A stretch of 64,000 bases of DNA, from contig NZ_DUBH01000043.1 in the NCBI RefSeq assembly GCF_012960415.1, positions 513-64,512 on the forward strand, read 5' to 3'. The stretch is from Henriciella sp. GTDB lineage: Bacteria > Pseudomonadota > Alphaproteobacteria > Caulobacterales > Hyphomonadaceae. The notes below the pieces were generated by a model, which did no database searches, was not told where the DNA came from, and saw only the letters and a program-made list of their open reading frames with translations. A program made the position numbers and the translations under genes. This document shows, piece by piece, positions 27,073-35,039 of the stretch (the stretch's first letter is position 1; each line of letters begins with the position of its first letter).

Positions 27073-28914
27073 ATGTTGAACAGACGACGTATGTTGCAGA
27101 CGGTGCTCGGCACCGGCGCAACCTTGGGGGCAAGCAGCCTCCTGCCCGCTTGGGCAAAATCTTCCAGCAACGGAAACCTTGGTGTGCCCTCACTTTCGGG
27201 CACGCGCTTCGACCTCGAAATCGGGCAGTTCCCGGTCAGGCTCAACGGCAAAGTCGGTATGGCAACCGGAATCAATGGCACACTTCCCGGTCCGCTCTTG
27301 CGGTTGCGCGAGGGCGATGACGTTACAATGAACGTCACCAACCGGCTTGCCGAAGACACTTCGATCCATTGGCACGGACTGCTTGTCCCCTTCCATATGG
27401 ACGGCGTGCCGGGCGTCAGCTTCCCGGGCATCAAACCGGGCGAAACGTTCAAATATCAGTTCAAGGTGCCGCAAAATGGCACTTACTGGTATCACTCCCA
27501 TTCTGGTCTGCAGGAACAACTCGGCCATTACGGTCCGATCGTCATAGATCCGGCAGGTACAGACCCAGTGGCTTATGACCGGGAATATGTGCTCGTCCTC
27601 AGCGACTGGAGTTTCACGCATCCGCACCGGATCTTCGACAAGCTCAAGAAGAATGCCGAGAGCCTGAATTTCAACCGCCCGACCCTGTCGAACCCAACCG
27701 GACTTGGCGGCATGTGGGGGCAGATGCGAATGAGCCCGCGCGATCTCGCAGACGTGACCGGCGAAACCTACACCTACCTGATCAATGGCCATTCGACGGC
27801 CGATAATTTCAATATGGTCTTCCAGCCGGGCGAGCGGGTTCGCCTGCGCATTATCAACGCCTCCGCCATGACCCTCTTCAATGTCCGCCTCCCGGGCTTG
27901 CCGATGACGGTGGTCCAGGCCGACGGTCTGAATGTCCAGCCGGTTGAGACCGACGAGTTCCAGATGGGCGTGGCCGAGACGTATGATGTCATCATCGCGC
28001 CGACCGAAGCGCGCGCCTACGCCTTTGTTGCCGAATCGATCGACCGCTCCGGCCAGGCCGTCGCCACGCTCGGCCCGCGTGCCGGTATGCGGGTCGATGC
28101 GCCTGCGCTTCGAGCTGTGCCGATGCTGACCATGCGGGACATGGGAATGGCCCATGGAGACATGGCGGGCATGTCAGGCATGGGGAGAATGGATCATGGT
28201 CCGGACACCGCGACGGCCGGGGACGACATGAAAGGCCACGACATGGGTGCCATGTCGATGATGCCCGATCCTCATGGTCCGGCGGTCCAGCCCGTCAAGA
28301 TTGAAGCAGATATAGAGCGCGGCCCCGGTGTCGCAAAAGTATCAGGCATGACGATGAGCCGCTTGGGCGAACCCGGTCTCGGGCTTGATGATGTCCCCCA
28401 CCGCACGCTCACCTATAACCAGCTTCGCGCGCTCGACATGAATGAGGACCATCGCCCGCCTGGCCGCGAAATTGTCATTCATCTGACGTCGAACATGGAA
28501 CGCTACATGTGGTCGTTCGACGGTGTAAAATTCTCCGAGGTAACCGAGTCAATCAAGTTCTACGAGGGTGAACGTGTTCGCCTGACGCTCGTAAACGATA
28601 CAATGATGCCACACCCGATCCATTTGCACGGCATGTTTTTCGATCTCGTGAATGGCGGTGGTCATCACATGCCTCGAAAGCACACAGTAACGGTCAAGCC
28701 TGCAGACAGGGTCAGCGTCGACATCACCGCAGAACATGTCGGTGACTGGGCGTTCCACTGCCATCTGCTTTACCACATGCACGCTGGCATGATGCAGGTC
28801 GTCAGCGTCATTCCGCCAGCAGACGATACGACACCAGCTGAAAAAATGCCGGCAGGTCAGATGAATATGCCCATGGACCATCACGGCATGAACCATGGGG
28901 AGGGAAAATCATGA
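27073..28914 (+). CDS. copA: Copper-resistance multicopper oxidase CopA/PcoA (Tat-exported)
   Basis: Twin-arginine signal MLNRRRMLQTVLGTGATLGASSLLPAWA. Cupredoxin motifs HWHG, WYHSH, HPIHLHG and HCHLLYHMHAGMM. Met/His-rich insert MGMAHGDMAGMSGMGRMDHG. GGAGA lies upstream of ATG 27073. Confidence 0.92.
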   Translation: MLNRRRMLQTVLGTGATLGASSLLPAWAKSSSNGNLGVPSLSGTRFDLEIGQFPVRLNGKVGMATGINGTLPGPLLRLREGDDVTMNVTNRLAEDTSIHWHGLLVPFHMDGVPGVSFPGIKPGETFKYQFKVPQNGTYWYHSHSGLQEQLGHYGPIVIDPAGTDPVAYDREYVLVLSDWSFTHPHRIFDKLKKNAESLNFNRPTLSNPTGLGGMWGQMRMSPRDLADVTGETYTYLINGHSTADNFNMVFQPGERVRLRIINASAMTLFNVRLPGLPMTVVQADGLNVQPVETDEFQMGVAETYDVIIAPTEARAYAFVAESIDRSGQAVATLGPRAGMRVDAPALRAVPMLTMRDMGMAHGDMAGMSGMGRMDHGPDTATAGDDMKGHDMGAMSMMPDPHGPAVQPVKIEADIERGPGVAKVSGMTMSRLGEPGLGLDDVPHRTLTYNQLRALDMNEDHRPPGREIVIHLTSNMERYMWSFDGVKFSEVTESIKFYEGERVRLTLVNDTMMPHPIHLHGMFFDLVNGGGHHMPRKHTVTVKPADRVSVDITAEHVGDWAFHCHLLYHMHAGMMQVVSVIPPADDTTPAEKMPAGQMNMPMDHHGMNHGEGKS

Positions 28915-29714
28915 TGAAACCGAATTTGGCAGCCCCTCTCCTCCTCGGCTTCGCGCTCTACGCGACCGGCAGCGCGTTCGCGGAAGACACAAATCAAACC
29001 CCGCCCTGGGATCAGGCCGACGCCATCTACGGCGAGGATGCAATGGCGGACGCTCGCCGGGACGTTCTTGCGGAAGGCGGAGACCAGAAGAGCTTCTACA
29101 TCCTCTTCAACCAGCTCGAGGCTCAGATGTCTGACGAGGGCGACAGTTTGTACTGGAACGGACAGGCTTGGTATGGGGGCGATATCAACAAGCTCTGGTT
29201 CAAGAGCGAGGGCCGCGCCTCTCTGAATGGAGAGGGCGTGGATGATGCCGAGATCCAGGCGCTCTATTCCCGCGCGGTTGCGCCTTTCTGGAATGTTCAG
29301 GCGGGCGTTCGCTACGACATCGAACCGGATAGTCTCGCGCATGGGGTCGTCGCACTGAATGGTCTGGCGCCCTACTGGTTCGAAGTCGACGCTTCCGCCT
29401 TTCTCAGTGAAAAAGGCGATGTAACGGCCCGCATCGAGGCTGAATATGAGTTGCTCCTGACCCAGCGGTTGATCTTGCAGCCTCGGATCGAAGCAAATCT
29501 TTCCGCGCAGGACATACCGGAAAGGGAAACGGGCGCGGGACTTAGCACACTCGATGCCGGCTTGCGGCTTCGTTATGAAATCAGGAGGGAGTTTGCGCCT
29601 TATGTCGGCGTCGAATGGCAAAGCGCCTTCGGTGAGACACGCGACATGATCAAAGCCGCAGGCGGTGAAGGCGACGATATCGTCTTTCTCGTGGGCCTGC
29701 GGACCTGGTATTAG
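28911..29714 (+). CDS. copB: Copper resistance protein B (outer-membrane CopB/PcoB)
   Basis: ATGA overlap with copA. Has a signal peptide, and the CopB-family C-terminal barrel region reads ...EAEYELLLTQRLILQPRIE...LRLRYEIRREFAPYVGVEWQ...LVGLRTWY. Confidence 0.85.
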   Translation: MMKPNLAAPLLLGFALYATGSAFAEDTNQTPPWDQADAIYGEDAMADARRDVLAEGGDQKSFYILFNQLEAQMSDEGDSLYWNGQAWYGGDINKLWFKSEGRASLNGEGVDDAEIQALYSRAVAPFWNVQAGVRYDIEPDSLAHGVVALNGLAPYWFEVDASAFLSEKGDVTARIEAEYELLLTQRLILQPRIEANLSAQDIPERETGAGLSTLDAGLRLRYEIRREFAPYVGVEWQSAFGETRDMIKAAGGEGDDIVFLVGLRTWY

Positions 29715-29723
29715 GAGAACAAA

Positions 29724-30818
29724 ATGGGCGGTTTCATAGAACCCAATATTCACCCCGTGCTGGTGCATTTTACCTATGCCCTCGGCACATCTGCAGCCTT
29801 GGCATATGTGGCTGGCCTCCTCGTACCTGCAGGCCGCTGGCGCGACAGCCTTCGACCGGCCGCCGACTGGATGCTGGCATTGGCTGCCTTGGCGGTTCTG
29901 GCCACCATCGCGGCCGGGTTTCAGGCCTATTACAGCGTTGCTCACGATGCGCCGTCCCATGAAGCGATGACAACCCATCGCAACTGGGCTGTTCCCACGG
30001 GCCTCGCATTACTGGCCCTCGCCGGTTGGCGCTGGCTGAGAAGGGCCTCGTCGCCCGGCCCGGTATTTGCGATCAGTGCCCTGGCGGTGGCAGGTCTTTT
30101 GACGGTTACAGCGTGGTGGGGAGGCACAATTGTCTACAAGTACGGACTTGGCGTGCAGACCCTTCCTGAAGCCAGCGGGCCAGGCCACGATCATGATCAT
30201 GGCGGCGGAGCCGGTCATGGCGACCAAGGCACCGTAAATTCAACAGACGATCATCAAGACGCTCACGGAGCGCCTCCATCCGACACGATGGATGGATCAT
30301 CGGCGAGCGGCGATGGACATGATCACGACCATACCGACGGTGCAGCTGATCGAGAAATGTCAGGCACGGTCCCCGCCGGACACGACAACTCCGACGGCCA
30401 TCACGACACCAAACCGGTCTCGACTGATGAACAGGCGATCCTGGATATCATGGCCGCGATCGAAACCGGTTGGGAGACCGGCGATGGCGAACTGTTCCGA
30501 CAGAACTTTCTCGACTGGTCAGGCGCCCGGTACTTTGAGTCAGGCGGCGAGAATACTGGCCTGCTCGACCTTGTCGAAAATCATGTCGAGCCCGAAAAAG
30601 ATACCATTCCGGATCTCGAACTCGACTTCTCGAATATAGACGTGCAATTCGAGGGAAGTGACTTTGCATGGGCTGTCGCGGACACAGCGATCAGTGGAAC
30701 GTTCAGCTCCAATGGCGAACGCCTGGAGCGTATCGGGAAACAAACGGTGCTGTTCCGCAAGGTCGCCGGCACCTGGCAGGTCATTCACACGCACTCGTCC
30801 TCTCGTGCGCCGCGATAA
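29724..30818 (+). CDS. Fusion protein: DUF2231-like 4-TM domain, His/Asp-rich linker, NTF2-like (SnoaL/DUF4440-like) domain
   Basis: The N-terminus IEPNIHPVLVHFTYAL...HRNWAV...TAWWGGTIVYKYGLGV resembles DUF2231. The linker reads GHDHDHGGGAGHGDQG...DGHDHDHTDG...HDNSDGHHD. The C-terminus ILDIMAAIETGWETGD...VLFRKVAGTWQVIHTHSS is NTF2-like. AGGAGA RBS is present. Confidence 0.6.
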   Translation: MGGFIEPNIHPVLVHFTYALGTSAALAYVAGLLVPAGRWRDSLRPAADWMLALAALAVLATIAAGFQAYYSVAHDAPSHEAMTTHRNWAVPTGLALLALAGWRWLRRASSPGPVFAISALAVAGLLTVTAWWGGTIVYKYGLGVQTLPEASGPGHDHDHGGGAGHGDQGTVNSTDDHQDAHGAPPSDTMDGSSASGDGHDHDHTDGAADREMSGTVPAGHDNSDGHHDTKPVSTDEQAILDIMAAIETGWETGDGELFRQNFLDWSGARYFESGGENTGLLDLVENHVEPEKDTIPDLELDFSNIDVQFEGSDFAWAVADTAISGTFSSNGERLERIGKQTVLFRKVAGTWQVIHTHSSSRAPR

Positions 30819-30887
30819 GGAGGAAATCCAAACTGCCGCGTGCTGGCCAAGTTGAAATGCAATCGGCAAGCGGCGATGATATTGAGT

Positions 30888-30904
30888 ATACCCCATATGG
30901 GTAT
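30888..30904. promoter_or_regulatory. CsoR-type-like palindromic operator, copy 2 (ATACCC-CATAT-GGGTAT)
   Basis: Perfect 6-bp arms. TTGAGT lies directly upstream (30882-30887). The site ends 6 nt before ATG 30911. Confidence 0.55.
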
Positions 30905-30910
30905 TAGGTC

Positions 30911-31315
30911 ATGACTGTCCTGTCCTTCCCCCAGAAACCCTACTTCAAACTGGCCCATAAAGTGCGGGCTGGACATTGGTTTGAAGCTGACGCTGCTGCT
31001 TTTGTGAGCACCGAAGGCGACGTCACGGCACGGGTCGAGGCCGAATATGAGTTGCTGCTAACCCAGCGTCTGATCCTTCAACCCCGCTTAGAAGCGAGCC
31101 TTTCTGCTCAGGATATGCCTGACCTGCAACTCAGTTCTGGTTTAACCAGCGTTGATGCCGGCCTGCGCCTTCGCTACGAAATTGTTCGCGAATTCGCGCC
31201 ATATATTGGCGTCGAATGGCAAAGCGCTATTGGCGATACCGCAGACTTCATTGAGGCGTCTGGAGGCGAAAAAGATCAAACGGCATTGCTCGTCGGTGTG
31301 CGAACCTGGTTCTAA
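30911..31315 (+). pseudogene. copB: Truncated copB paralog (C-terminal ~110 aa of CopB only)
   Basis: From about nt 30975 the translation (WFEADAAAFVSTEGDVTARVEAEYELLLTQRLILQPRLE...LRLRYEIVREFAPYIGVEWQ...LVGVRTWF) aligns with CopB residues ~155-267 encoded at 28911-29714. The first ~22 aa are unrelated. There is no signal peptide and no N-terminal half. Confidence 0.75.
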
Positions 31316-31333
31316 ACATGATGGAGATCTAAA

Positions 31334-31549
31334 TTGGCCGATATGGGGCATATGATTTTCGGCAATCTTGGCGCGCTGATTTTTTGGGGCGTCCTGGCAT
31401 TGCTGATCTATGTCGCTGTGCGTGCGACCATCAATCGGGACGGGGCGGACTCCAAGTCCAACGACCCGGTCGATATCCTCCGGCGACGATATGCGCGCGG
31501 CGAAATAGACAAGGAAGAATTTGATCGTCGCATGAAAGACCTGAGCTAA
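31334..31549 (+). CDS. SHOCT-domain small membrane protein
   Basis: One TM segment (IFGNLGALIFWGVLALLIYVAV) followed by ILRRRYARGEIDKEEFDRRMKDL, the SHOCT motif. The start is uncertain (TTG 31334, ATG 31343 or ATG 31352). Confidence 0.6.
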   Translation: MADMGHMIFGNLGALIFWGVLALLIYVAVRATINRDGADSKSNDPVDILRRRYARGEIDKEEFDRRMKDLS

Positions 31550-31646
31550 CGCCGCTTGCAGACCCCACAATTCTTGAGGGGTCAGGCAAGTGTCCGGCGT
31601 ATCACCCAGACAATGCCAGTCGCTGAAGATAGCGACGCTCACGCAT

Positions 31647-32705
31647 ATGGCTAACTGGGAGACGCTTTTGGGCGATTTGATTGAACCGAACCTGCATCCG
31701 ATTCTGGTGCATTTTGCCTATGCGCTTAGCCTCACGGCTTTGGCCTCTTATGTGTTGGCCGCCTTTTCGCCTGTCGAGCGATGGCGAGAGACTCTGCGCC
31801 CGGCCGCGGACTGGATGCTGGCCTTTAGTGCGATCGCAATCGTGCTGACAATCGCGGCAGGATTTCAAGCCTATTACACGGTAGATCATGACGCGCCGTC
31901 GCATGCAGCGATGACCACCCACCGCAACTGGGCTGTACCATCCGGCCTCGCCATCCTCCTATTGGCGGCCTGGCGATGGACGGGAAGAGCAAAAGCCGCC
32001 TCAGGCATTTTCGTCACAGGCTTGGCTGCGGCCGCGCTCGCCTTAACCGTCACGGCCTGGTGGGGCGGCAAAATCGTCTATGGCTACGGCCTTGGGGTCA
32101 AAAGCCTGCCGCAGGTGACAGGAGATGGCCACGACCATGATCATGGCGGCGGCGGCGTCACGGCAGATCATGATATGGATCCCATGCCAGATTTAGCGCC
32201 GACCGCGGCTGCCCATGAAAACTCCGATGGCCATCACGACGTCGCTCCAATCAGTCATGACAATAGTGATGGGCACCATGATGGAGACAGCCCGTCCACA
32301 ACACCCGCGCCACAAGCTGGATCGCCGGCGAGCGTCGCTGACGCTTTCGGCGAAGCGTTAAAAGCAGGTGATGAGGCGGCGCTGCGCGCGCTGTTTTCCC
32401 CCGACGTCGTGATCGCTGAGGGCGGCGGCGCCGAGCGCTCATTCGAAGAGTATGCCGGCCATCATATGCCCGCAGACATGGCTTATACAGCCGCGGTTTC
32501 ATTCGATCTCAAAGACCGAAACATTCTCGAGAATAGCGATATCGCTACGGTGATCTCTCAATCGGAGATTAATGGCGCCTATAGAGGCGAGCCCGTGCAC
32601 CGCCAAGCTATGGAAACCATGGTTCTCAAACGCGACGCTGGGGTCTGGAAGATTCACCATGTCCATTGGTCATCCGCGCCGATCACCGAAGATCACGAGC
32701 ACTGA
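31647..32705 (+). CDS. Second DUF2231-like / His-rich / NTF2-like fusion protein (paralog of 29724-30818)
   Basis: Roughly 65 % identity by eye over the membrane domain (LIEPNLHPILVHFAYAL...HRNWAVPSG...TAWWGGKIVYGYGLGV). The linker reads GDGHDHDHGGGG...HENSDGHHD...HDNSDGHHD. The NTF2-like C-terminus is diverged (MVLKRDAGVWKIHHVHWSS). ATG 31647 aligns with the paralog's start. The ORF is open from 31590. Confidence 0.6.
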   Translation: MANWETLLGDLIEPNLHPILVHFAYALSLTALASYVLAAFSPVERWRETLRPAADWMLAFSAIAIVLTIAAGFQAYYTVDHDAPSHAAMTTHRNWAVPSGLAILLLAAWRWTGRAKAASGIFVTGLAAAALALTVTAWWGGKIVYGYGLGVKSLPQVTGDGHDHDHGGGGVTADHDMDPMPDLAPTAAAHENSDGHHDVAPISHDNSDGHHDGDSPSTTPAPQAGSPASVADAFGEALKAGDEAALRALFSPDVVIAEGGGAERSFEEYAGHHMPADMAYTAAVSFDLKDRNILENSDIATVISQSEINGAYRGEPVHRQAMETMVLKRDAGVWKIHHVHWSSAPITEDHEH

Positions 32706-32708
32706 TAA

Positions 32709-33782
32709 ATGGCTGGGGGTGGCCAAACACAGCTTGCGGACCCGCTGATGGGTCAAAACCACTTCACCGCGGTGCGGTGGGTGTTGGCGATCGCTGTAGT
32801 ACTCGGTCATATCTGGCTCCTCACGACAGGGTTCGAACCGTTTCGCATCCACGAATGGACTGCCAGCTATATGGCCGTGAACGGGTTCTTCGTCCTGTCA
32901 GGCCTCTTGATTGCCAAGAGTCTTCATACAAGGCGCGATATGAAGGCTTATGCAGTTTCACGGTTTCTGCGGATCTACCCAGCTCTGGTGATTATACTTG
33001 CGGCTTTTGTCCTCGTCTTCGCGCCTGTCTATTCGGCCGAGGGCGGCGGATCATTGTTTCAGCCGGAGACCTGGCAATACACCTACAAAGTCTTGGCGCT
33101 TGGCGATCCCGACAGCGCGCCCGCACAGATATTCTCTCAGAATTTGGAAACCGACTTTAACGGGCCGCTCTGGACCATTCGGTTCGAGCTAGCAGCGTAC
33201 ATCCTAGCGGGCATCGCGTTCATGTTTGGCACCGTCAACGGCCCATGGCGTGTTCTTAGCGTCTTCTTGCTTGTGCAATCGGTCTATCTTAGCGCGCCTT
33301 TGTTCATCGATACGAGTGCGCTCCCGCCGAGCGTGATGTCCTTGCTCCGCCTCTCATCGGCCTTTCTGCTCGGAATGACGCTTTGGCAGTGGCCTATTTT
33401 GCGCAGACCGCCCCTCTTGGCGGTCGCAGGTCTGATTGCAGCGTTCGCGCTCCTTGGCGGCGGCCCCCTCGGCGAATTGTTTGCGACCCTTGCCCTCACA
33501 AGCCTAATGCTTCGAGCTGGATTGCCAAAACGTGCGTCCGTCCGCATCGCCAAAATTCCGGACTATTCGTACGGGATTTATATCTGGCACTACCCGCTTT
33601 TGCAGGTATTTCTGGTTGGACAACCAGATGTTAGCCCCGCTGTCCTGGCTATAATGACCGCGCCGCTCATTCTGCTCGTCGCGGCCACTTCGTGGCATGT
33701 CATCGAAAAGCCAGTGCTTGCTCTGAAGCTGCGCGCCCGCTCGATAAACCAAAAAACCGTATCGCCGGAGGTGGCCGCATGA
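32709..33782 (+). CDS. Acyltransferase family 3 (integral membrane O-acyltransferase)
   Basis: 357 aa with about 10 TM segments. Acyl_transf_3-like features: VRWVLAIAVVLGH at the N-terminus, FFVLSGLLI, PLWTIRFELAAY, SYGIYIWHYPL. Confidence 0.75.
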   Translation: MAGGGQTQLADPLMGQNHFTAVRWVLAIAVVLGHIWLLTTGFEPFRIHEWTASYMAVNGFFVLSGLLIAKSLHTRRDMKAYAVSRFLRIYPALVIILAAFVLVFAPVYSAEGGGSLFQPETWQYTYKVLALGDPDSAPAQIFSQNLETDFNGPLWTIRFELAAYILAGIAFMFGTVNGPWRVLSVFLLVQSVYLSAPLFIDTSALPPSVMSLLRLSSAFLLGMTLWQWPILRRPPLLAVAGLIAAFALLGGGPLGELFATLALTSLMLRAGLPKRASVRIAKIPDYSYGIYIWHYPLLQVFLVGQPDVSPAVLAIMTAPLILLVAATSWHVIEKPVLALKLRARSINQKTVSPEVAA

Positions 33783-34141
33783 CCTCCGCGTCGCATTCAC
33801 TGATTGAAACATTGCTTCGGGCTCAAAGCCAATTTGAGAAGCTTATAAGCAGCGCATCTGAAAACACACCCGCAACTAAGTTTGCAGAAATGGCATTCAT
33901 GACGGCCGAGGTGTGCATTCTTCTTTCTGAGGCATTTGCGAAGTCGATCGAACACCGCCGAGAAAATCTCCTCAGGGCACTACGAGCGATGGCAGGTATT
34001 TTCAGAGGCCTTGAAAGAGCCTCGCTGGAAACGACGAGCAACAGCCCGAACAGGCTCGGGACCGCGTGCGGTCAATGCGAAACAGCGATCTACGCTTTTC
34101 TTAAAGCAACCGAGCCTGACACTCAGGGGAGATTGAAATGA
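33779..34141 (+). CDS. Hypothetical helical protein with three Cys (one in VCILL, two in a CxxC pair), no family recognised
   Basis: 120 aa. ATGA overlaps with both neighbours (33779-33782 and 34138-34141). Predicted helical, with VCILL and CGQCE. Confidence 0.4.
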   Translation: MTSASHSLIETLLRAQSQFEKLISSASENTPATKFAEMAFMTAEVCILLSEAFAKSIEHRRENLLRALRAMAGIFRGLERASLETTSNSPNRLGTACGQCETAIYAFLKATEPDTQGRLK

Positions 34142-34863
34142 GCGCGGCGCCCTGGTCTGGCGCGTTGGCCATCGGGGTCGGCTGGGCCGCGCTCGACGCT
34201 CGCCTTGGCAAGAACACGGCACATGCTCATTTGGCACATCAGGCCATACTCGGGCTGGATGGCGCAGTCGTGGTGACGACAAACTCAGAGATAGTAGCCC
34301 CGACCGGCAAGGCTATTCACATCCCTACTGGGCAGACCCATTCCATCGGTCCTGAGGGACGCCTGACGCGCTCGATCTATATTGACCCGCGCTTTTCCGG
34401 AATTCGAAACGATCAGCAATGCAATCAGCCTGCCTGCCTTTCGGATGATCTATCAGCCGCTCTAGAGCACATCAGCGACATTAATCAGGCGCGCGATTGG
34501 GCGAAAAGGTTCGCGGGCCGGTTGCCTGGTTCGGCCATAGATTCACGCCTGCAAAAAGCCCTTGGCAACGTTCGCGCACTCGCCAATCCCGCCGCTCTGG
34601 CGCGCGAGCTCGCGCTGTCTCCAACTCGGCTGCGAGAGATCGTCAAGGCGGACTTCGGTGTTCCGCCCAGCAAGCTATTGCAATGGTTGCAATTGCTCGG
34701 CGCCGCTAAGGCAATGGAGGCGTCGTCCAGTCTCGCTGATGCAGCGGCCGCGGGCGGTTTTGCTGACCAGGCGCATTTCACTCGCCGACTGCAACAATGG
34801 TTCGGGGTGACCCCAAAAATTGGCCTGTCGGGTTTGGAGGTGTCCGTCGATGATCTCAGCTGA
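34138..34863 (+). CDS. AraC-family transcriptional regulator (cupin-like N-terminus, HTH_18 C-terminus)
   Basis: The C-terminus ALARELALSPTRLREIVKADFGVPPSKLLQWLQLLGAAKAM...AAAGGFADQAHFTRRLQQWFGVTP is a typical AraC double HTH. Confidence 0.8.
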   Translation: MSAAPWSGALAIGVGWAALDARLGKNTAHAHLAHQAILGLDGAVVVTTNSEIVAPTGKAIHIPTGQTHSIGPEGRLTRSIYIDPRFSGIRNDQQCNQPACLSDDLSAALEHISDINQARDWAKRFAGRLPGSAIDSRLQKALGNVRALANPAALARELALSPTRLREIVKADFGVPPSKLLQWLQLLGAAKAMEASSSLADAAAAGGFADQAHFTRRLQQWFGVTPKIGLSGLEVSVDDLS

Positions 34864-34947
34864 TCCCTCATCCAACGCGGATTGGTCGGCGCGCTTGTCT
34901 TGCTCAAGACAACGATGCGGGCCCTAAGTATATATACGGAGTAACCA

Positions 34948-34964
34948 ATACCCCCTATGGGTAT
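34948..34964. promoter_or_regulatory. CsoR-type-like palindromic operator, copy 3 (ATACCC-CCTAT-GGGTAT, extendable to AATACCC/GGGTATT)
   Basis: Perfect 7-bp arms. It lies 75 nt upstream of ATG 35040 (small membrane protein followed by the Cu ATPase). TATTAA overlaps the right arm. Confidence 0.55.
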
Positions 34965-35039
34965 TAACTCATTTTCGAAGCAACGCATCGCTGTCGCACG
35001 AATTATGTGGCGGCAACAACCAAAGAGAAGGAAAACACC

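Noticed and set aside
28881-29978. Long antisense ORFs opposite well-supported genes. Examples: 28881-29978(-) opposite copB; 49846-51096(+) opposite arcA; 48758-49639(+) opposite arcB; 281-1090(-) and 1090-1695(-) opposite the PKS; 16212-17057(+) opposite mmsB.
   Set aside because: Their translations are Arg/Ala/Gly/Pro-rich with no recognisable motifs, as expected for shadow ORFs in GC-rich DNA. The opposite strand encodes proteins with clear family signatures in each case.
31561-31583. The dyad GACCCC-N11-GGGGTC after the SHOCT gene might have been a fourth copy of the CsoR-like operator.
   Set aside because: The spacing (11 versus 5) and the flanks (no TA) differ from the three consistent copies. 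It is more likely a simple hairpin, and it has no U-tract to support a terminator call either.
33779-34141. Considered the 120-aa Cys-containing helical protein as the CsoR/RcnR-family repressor for the three dyads.
   Set aside because: It lacks the DUF156 pattern: there is no RLxRIxGQxxG helix and no Cys...His-x3-Cys spacing. It is kept only as an unassigned candidate in the findings.
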